Below are positions 57,351 to 64,000 of a stretch of 64,000 bases of DNA, piece by piece. The DNA comes from Octopus sinensis. Taxonomy: Eukaryota. The stretch's first letter is position 1, and each line of letters opens with the position of its first letter. Under the pieces are notes generated by a model. That model did not search any database and was not told the origin of the DNA. It saw only the letters and a program-made list of their open reading frames with translations. The stretch lies in the NCBI RefSeq assembly GCF_006345805.1, contig NC_042997.1:207204001-207268000 (forward strand), given 5' to 3'. Both the position numbers and the translations under genes were made by a program.

Positions 57351-58802
57351 CTACAGAGAGAGGGGAGAAGAGAGCTGCGGAGGGAGATAGATGGAAGAGA
57401 GCCAGAGAGAAAACAAATGAAATGCACTGCAGAGAGAGGGGAGAAGAGAGCCGCGGAGGGAGATAGATGGAAGAGAGCCAGAGAGAAAACAAATGAAGTG
57501 CACTACAGAGAGAGGGGAGAAGAGAGCAGCGAAGGGAGATAGATGGAAGAGAGCCAGAGAGACAACAAATGAAGTGCACTACAGAGAGAGGGGAGAAGAG
57601 AGCTGCGGAGGGAGATAGATGGAAGAGAGCCAGAGAGACAACAAATGAAGTACACTACAGAGAGAGGGGAGAAGATAGCTGCGGAGGGAGATAGATGGAA
57701 GAGAGCCAGAGAGACAACAAATGAAGTGCACTACAGAGAGAGGGGAGAAGAGAGCTGCGGAGGGAGATAGATGGAAGAGAGCCAGAGAGACAACAAATGA
57801 AGTGAACTACAGAGAGAGGGGAGAAGAGAGCTGCGGAGGGAGATAGATGGAAGAGAGCCAGAGAGACAACAAATGAAGTGCACTACAGAGAGAGGGGAGA
57901 AGAGAGCTGCGGAGGGAGATAGATGGAAGAGAGCCAGAGAGACAACAAATGAAGTGAACTACAGAGAGAGGGGAGAAGAGAGCTGCGGAGGGAGATAGAT
58001 GGAAGAGAGCCAGAGAGACAACAAATGAAATGCACCACAGAGAGAGGGGAGAAGAGAGCTGCGGAGGGAGATAGATGGAAGAGAGCCAGAGAGACAACAA
58101 ATGAAGTGCACTACAGAGAGAGGGGTGAAGAAAGCCGCGGAGGGAGATAGATGGAAGAGAGCCAGAGAGAAAACAAATGAAGTGCACTACAGAGAGAGGG
58201 GAGAAGAGAGCTGCGGAGGGAGATAGATGGAAGAGAGCCAGAGAGACAACAAATGAAGTGCACTACAGAGAGAGGGGAGAAGAGAGCTACGGAGGGAGAT
58301 AGATGGAAGAGAGCCAGAGAGAAAACAAATGAAATGCACTACAGAGAGAGGGGAGAAGAGAGCAGCGGAGGGAGATAGATGGAAGAGAGCCAGAGAGAAA
58401 ACAAATGAAGTGCACTACAGAGAGAGGGGAGAAGAGAGCAGCGGAGGGAGATAGATGGAAGAGAGCCAGAGAGAAAACAAATGAAGTGCACTACAGAGAG
58501 AGGGGAGAAGAGAGCAGCGGAGGGAGATAGATGGAAGAGAGCCAGAGAGACAACAAATGAAGTGCACTACAGAGAGAGGGGAGAAGAGAGCTGCGGAGGG
58601 AGATAGATGGAAGAGAGCCAGAGAGAAAACAAATGAAGAGGACTACAGAGAGAAGGGAGAAGAGAGCCGCGGAGGGAGATAGATGGAAGAGAGCCAGAGA
58701 GAAAACAAATGAAGTGCACTACAGAGAGAGGGGAGAAGAGAGCAGCGGAGGGAGATAGATGGAAGAGCGCCAGAGAGAAAACAAATGAAGTGCACTACAG
58801 AG
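57351..58802 (+). repeat. 76-bp purine-rich minisatellite, about 19 copies
   Basis: Unit CTACAGAGAGAGGGGAGAAGAGAGCTGCGGAGGGAGATAGATGGAAGAGAGCCAGAGAGACAACAAATGAAGTGCA; period 76 measured from 57781 to 57857. Confidence 0.97.
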
Positions 58803-59309
58803 TAGTTAATCCAAGAGATTAGAGATGAAGAACGGGAGTTTGATAATAATTTTATGTAAAAAATTTCTTTAGAAATTTGGATGTTTTCTCTGAAGTAGTT
58901 TGTAATTACGTGGATAAAATTTAGAAAAACGACAATAGATATAATTCTTGCAAATATACGGATGAAATGTTTTATTTCATTTCATTCTCAGGTAATATTT
59001 TTCTTTTAAAAATTTGTATTTATTCCTTGATTTGCTAGAAACAGCAACAAATTTTCTTCAAGTTTAAATATAATTCATACAGGTATGTTATATTCCCTGG
59101 CATTACCTGTGGTAATAAAAGTATATTTCCTAAGTTACCATAACATTCTTGTTAATCCCATATTTGTGTTGATTGTCATTCAGTCATCTCCATTAACGGC
59201 ATGGGTGGAGGGGAGTGCAGTTGATAGAATAAAAACCAGGATTTTAGGTTCGTCAACTTAGAACATTGACAATGGGGTTGTCAATGGAAGGGTATTTGTA
59301 TTTTGGAGG

Positions 59310-59510
59310 ATGCACATGGCTCTGTGGTTAGTGTGTTGGACTCGTGATCATAAGACTGTGGTTTCGATTCCTGGAGTGGGTGATGCATTGTGTTCTTGAG
59401 CAAAACACTTCATTTCACATGGCTCCATTCTGCTCTCAGCTGGCAAAATGGAGTCATACTCTGCTACAGACTGGCATCCCATCCAGAGAGAACCAGGAAA
59501 CCACCCCTGT
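59310..59510 (+). mobile_element. tRNA-headed SINE with CORE/V-like body
   Basis: TGGCTCTGTGGTTAG A-box-like, GGTTTCGATTCC B-box-like, TTGTGTTCTTGAGCAAAACACTT core. Confidence 0.65.
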
Positions 59511-59519
59511 ACTCCTTAA

Positions 59520-60540
59520 GGAGTAATGTGGACTAACAGGGGTGTGTGTGCACAGTGATGAATGAGTGACCCTTGTCTTCCAGGCATTCTCCACATTTAA
59601 TGACCATTCATAGTAGCACTTCCATACCCTCTTTCTTTTCAGAATCATTTAGTGTAAGTGTCCCCTTTAGCCCTCTCTCCACACTTGTTCTCACCCACAA
59701 CATATTGATTCTCTCTGATACACTATCATTCAATCCACGACACCTAATCCTCCTCTTGTAGAACATTGGCTAACCCCTTACTTTATGCTTCTCCCTTTGC
59801 TCTGTAAACCTGTCCTCCAGCTTCTCTTCTAGCCACCTACCATATTTCTCTGCTACCCTCATTATTCTAATCCTTCCAATCTTGTCTTTCTGCCTCCATA
59901 GCTCTGCCAACCTCACGGATCCATAACCACATCAACCTTGGTCTGATTGAAACTTTCCATCAGCCACTGATTTAGTACTTTGCCTTCTATGTATAGAGAT
60001 CCTGGAAGGATTGTGATTTATCTGTTTTCCTACTTGCTAAGACTTTGACCCTTGCTAAATTAATTCCAAGAACCTTTGCTTCAAGACCTGGCTTCTAATC
60101 TGATATTTATTCTCTAGGCAAGAGGAGCTTTTAATGGCAGCCAGTCTTAAAATCCTCCGTTAAAGCTTGTGGAGGGGGGGCTATGATAAACAAGAGAGGG
60201 CTGAGAACTAACCCACAAGGAACACCCACTTGTACACTAAATTCCTTGCTATACTCGTTGCCAACTTTTACCTTATTGACAGCATCCCTGTACATGGCTT
60301 ATACAGCTCTCACTGACCACTCATCTATCCCTAGTTTCTGCATTGACCACCAGATAAGAGAGAAGGGGATCCTGTCAAGAGCTTCCTCTGCATCTCATCT
60401 CGCCGAAGTCTCTTCCTAATTACTTCAGTTTTCACCCATTCTGTAACTTTCATCTTCTGCTCCAGGTATTTGATATGTTTGTAATTGTTTTGTTGTAAGG
60501 CATCACCTTTACCTTTGTAGTTGTTGACTATAATGCTGCA
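59520..60540 (-). mobile_element. Old rearranged RTE fragments (linker and RT)
   Basis: CSIIVNNYKGKGDA, VGVPCGLVLSPLLFI, WKCYYEWSLNVENAW. Confidence 0.75.
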
Positions 60541-63160
60541 AAAATTGGAGCAAATCATGTCCCCATAGCTGTACCTTGAATTTGGAGGTAGTTTTTTTTT
60601 TCCGTTGAAAAGAAATGTATTGTTTTCAAGGATGAGGCTGACTGCATCTAATATGAAGGTTACAATAAATCTATTGGGATACTTTGAACAAAACCTATAT
60701 AAAAAAAAATTGAAGAGAACTATGGCATGATCTTCAGTAGACATATGGAGGACACATGAAAAAGATACCTCGATGATTGTTTCCTAAGTTGGACCAAATC
60801 CCTAGAAAATCTGGAAGAATTCAGCACCCTCCTCAACAATCTACACCCTAGTTTCAAATTCACAAGAGAAATGAGCAACACACAATTACTATTTCTTAAC
60901 ATAATGGTAATTAAAAACAATACCACAATCACAACTAACATTTATTACGAAAGCCCAGATTTTCCAATCATACCACCCAACACACACGAAATGCAACATC
61001 CCACACTGTCTAGCCAGGAAAATTTGTACTATAGTCGATGATTCAAATACCAGAAACACACAACTTATAGAACTCAAAGGATTTCTGCTCAAGCAAAAGT
61101 ACCCTCTCCCACTTATAGAAAATAGCATACAACAAGCAAAAGAGATACCTATAGAACAACTAAGGGCAACAGGAACCCATCAACAGAACACGATACCATT
61201 TCTAGTAACACACAATCTGCATCACCAAAACATTTTTAACATCATCAAAACAAATTTGCCAATAATAGAATAAAGTCATCATCATCATCATTATCGTTTA
61301 ACGTCCATTTTCCGTGCTAGCACGGGTTGGACGGTTCGACCGGGGTCTGGGAAGCCAGGGACTGCACCAGGCTCCAGTCTGATCTGGCAGAGTTTCTACA
61401 GCTGGATGCCCTTCGTAATGCCAACCACTCCGTGAGTGTAGTGGATGCTTTTTACGTGCCATCGGCACAGGTGCCAGGGGAGTCTGCCATCGGCCACGAT
61501 CGGTTGGTGCTTTTAACGTGCCACCGGCACGGAAGCCAGCCAAGGCGGCACTGGCATCGGTCACGTTCGGATGGTGCTTTTTATGTGCCACCAGCACTGG
61601 AGCCAGTCGAGGCAGCGCTGGCGTCGGCCACGTTCGGATGGTGCTTTTTATGTGCCACTGGCACAGAAGCCAGTCGAGGCAGCGCTGGCAATGGCCATGT
61701 TCGGATGGTGCTTTTTATGTGCCACCGGCACAGGTATCACAACTATTTCCATTGATATTTATTTCGATGTTCATGTACTTGACTCAATAGGTCTCCTCAA
61801 GCACAGCAGGTTGTTCTGCAATCCAAGGTACTTTGAATGGGCAGGGACTATGCGGAACTGGTGCAGGAAGCAGCCCAGGTCTTTGCAGACACAGCATATC
61901 TCCAGAGATCTCGGTCCTTCGCCATTGCCTCAGTGAGGCCCAACGCTCTGAGGTCATGCTTGACTACCTCATCCCATGTCTTCCTGGGTCTACCTCTCGC
62001 CCTGATACCTTCAACTGTTTGGGAGTGGCACTTCTTCACACATCTCTCCTCATCCATCCGCAGTACATGACCATACCATCGCATGCGTCGCTCTTGCACA
62101 CCACATCTGATGCTTCTTATGTCCAGCATTTCTCTCAGGGTGCTTACCCTCTGTCGTGCACGCACACTGACATTACACATCCAGCGGATCATGCTAGCTT
62201 CATTTCTTTCAAGTCTTCGCATGTCTTCTGCAGTCACGGCCCATGTTTCACCACCGTGAAGCATGGCAGTTCGCACACATGCGTCATACAATCTACCTTT
62301 CATGCTGAGCGAGAGACCCTTTGTCGCCAGTAGGGGTAGGAGCTTTCTAAACTTTGCCCAGGCTATTCGTATTCTAGTGGTGATACTCTCTGAGCATCCA
62401 CCTCCACTACTAACTTGGTCACCCAGGTAGCAGAAACTATCAACTACTTCTAGTTTCTCCCCCTGGAGTGTAATGGAATCTGTTTTCTGAGTATCTGTGG
62501 TGTCTATTGTCCCTGTGCATCTGCCGCACCTGAAAGCTATCTTATCAGTTAATTTCCCTTTGATGTTGCTGCACCTCTTATGCGTCCATAGCTTACACTG
62601 GGTACATCTTATGGAGTTTCTACCTACGGCGAACAATTAAAAAACGTAACTAATTAAACACTTAACTTTAGCAGAAGGCAACCACATAACCTAAAGAAAC
62701 TATTAACAACGGCAAAATTGAACATAAACAAACGGGATAGAACATTGACAGTATCCAAGTGTAACGATAACAGATGTGGAACGTGTCAATACATGCATAC
62801 GGGGTAGATCCATTAGAACAAAAAGTGGACAGATTTTCACAAATACAGATTTGAACTGTAAAAGCAGGAATTTAATCTACTGCATTAAATGCCAGAATTT
62901 CTAGGAATTATATATGGGCGAGACAGGAAATGCATTCTCAGAATGCTCACACGTCCACAGACAGCAAATCCAAAAGACCAATGTTCGCCAAATTCCATTG
63001 AACATATAGAGATGTGATCAGAAAATGTTTCTAATTTTCCCTTTCCACAAACTGCATGACACAAGTGAGGTTGGAAGAAAGATAAAAGAAAAACGGTTTA
63101 TTAAAATGTTCAAACCTGTTCTGAACAGAAATAAGAACAATATTATAACAACCAGTTAAT
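60541..63160 (+). mobile_element. Decayed Penelope-like element (RT plus GIY-YIG) with inverted 5' segment, interrupted by an RTE
   Basis: Minus 60541-60665: ILENNTFLFNG..QGTAMG. Plus: LGYFEQ..RYLDDCF..LNNLHPSFKFT; after 62630: CGTC..NLIYCIKC..YMGETG..FIKMFKPVLN. Confidence 0.88.
61277..62627 (-). mobile_element. 5'-truncated RTE LINE (second subfamily) nested in the Penelope element
   Basis: ORF 61848-62636 (zinc finger, FCYLGDQ, RWYGHV); (CAT)n tail at 61277. Confidence 0.95.
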
Positions 63161-63208
63161 GATGTGGATTAAATAATATTTTTAACATATGAATATAAAC
63201 AAATTACA

Positions 63209-63350
63209 AAGGTGGAAAGCTGGCAGAAATGTTAGCACACCAGGCAAAATGCTTAGTGGTATTTCATCTGTCTTTACATTCTGAGTTCAAATTCCACCAA
63301 GGCCAATTTTGCATTTCATCCTTTTGGGGTTGATTAATTAAGTACCATTT
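63209..63350 (+). mobile_element. tRNA-headed SINE (octopus-type)
   Basis: GGTGGAAAGCTGGCAGAAATGTTAGC...CTGAGTTCAAATTCC...TTTCATCCTTTTGGGGTTGAT..AAGTACC. Confidence 0.7.
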
Positions 63351-63838
63351 GCGTGGGGCCTTGTGCCTAGAGTAGAAAAAAAAAATAGGCAAATTACAGA
63401 AGACTCCCTCCAATTGAAATAAAAACGATCAAAACCAACTCAGTTTGCTCACTCATAAAATCATTACATGTAAACCGCAAGCTAATTGGTTAAAATAAAG
63501 GCAGGGTCTATGCCAATAATATTGGTACGCCTGGCAAACCATGATGTTTAAGCTGCATGCAGATTGGTGAAAACCATATTCTAAAAATTCAACTTGTTGG
63601 ATTCCTCTAAGAAGTACAAAAATGAATGTCTGTCATTTTACTGAAGTTGTCAAGATTGATTACTACAAATGTATGCAAGTGCTAATTGAACTTTATGAAC
63701 ATTACAAAATATTTTTTTAATGTTTAACAGACTTCAACATTGTAAAAACATTTATTTTTTTAAAATACCATAGTAAAAACGTGAAAACCGGAATATGCTT
63801 TAACTTCATCCAACTGACATATTATTCTATACACATTG

Positions 63839-64000
63839 TCATCATCATCATCATCATCATCATTCCTTAACATCTGCTTTCCATACTGGCATGAATTGGA
63901 TGATTTGACTGAGGACTGGAAAGCCATGGAGGCTGCACCAGGCTTCAGTCTGGTCTGGCAGTATTTCTACAGCTGGATGCCCTTCCTAACACCAACCACT
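63839..64000 (-). mobile_element. RTE 3' tail fragment, runs off the window
   Basis: (CAT)n plus CAGCTGGATGCCCTTCCTAAC. Confidence 0.85.

Noticed and set aside
57346-58187. Leu/Ser-rich minus-strand ORFs
   Set aside because: These are frames of the 76-bp GA minisatellite, with no splice or domain support.
58980-59090. Possible next PARP exon (AG at 58991 or 59037, GT at about 59083)
   Set aside because: Phase-1 continuation hits stops within a few codons and shows no PARP motif. The catalytic exons are presumably beyond the window.
87-64000. The many short ORFs rich in YIYI, CVCV, HHHH or MVLF/CWFA-type text
   Set aside because: They are translations of microsatellites, or antisense and UTR frames of RTE/SINE copies. 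They repeat wherever the repeat does.

Overview
AT-rich eukaryotic DNA, about 97-98% intronic and dominated by repeats. The (TA)n/(CA)n/(CAT)n microsatellites, RTE LINEs with (GAT)n tails and tRNA-headed SINEs look like an octopus (coleoid cephalopod) genome; this comes from recall of those repeat families, not a database search. One host gene crosses the window on +: six GT-AG exons in consistent phase (713-767, 25258-25379, 25657-25884, 26951-27179, 38612-38793, 56274-56643; about 395 codons) encoding linker, macrodomain, KH-like region and WWE, i.e. a PARP14-like macro-PARP. Its start and catalytic domain lie outside the window. The introns hold many RTE copies (three long), CR1 3' ends, Helitron-like elements, mariner and maT transposons, a decayed HERO-type element, a Penelope-like element, a MITE, a 12-kb 36-bp satellite and a 76-bp GA minisatellite. 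Best leads: an intact Penelope-type hammerhead ribozyme; a PHD-type zinc finger inside the RTE reverse transcriptase; an AP-1-motif-rich satellite split in register by an RTE; a recent duplication of a coding exon block; and RTE insertions into (TA)n with near-identical 5' truncation points. I found no clearly new multi-gene system. All alignments were by eye, and scattered 1-bp indels suggest residual long-read errors.
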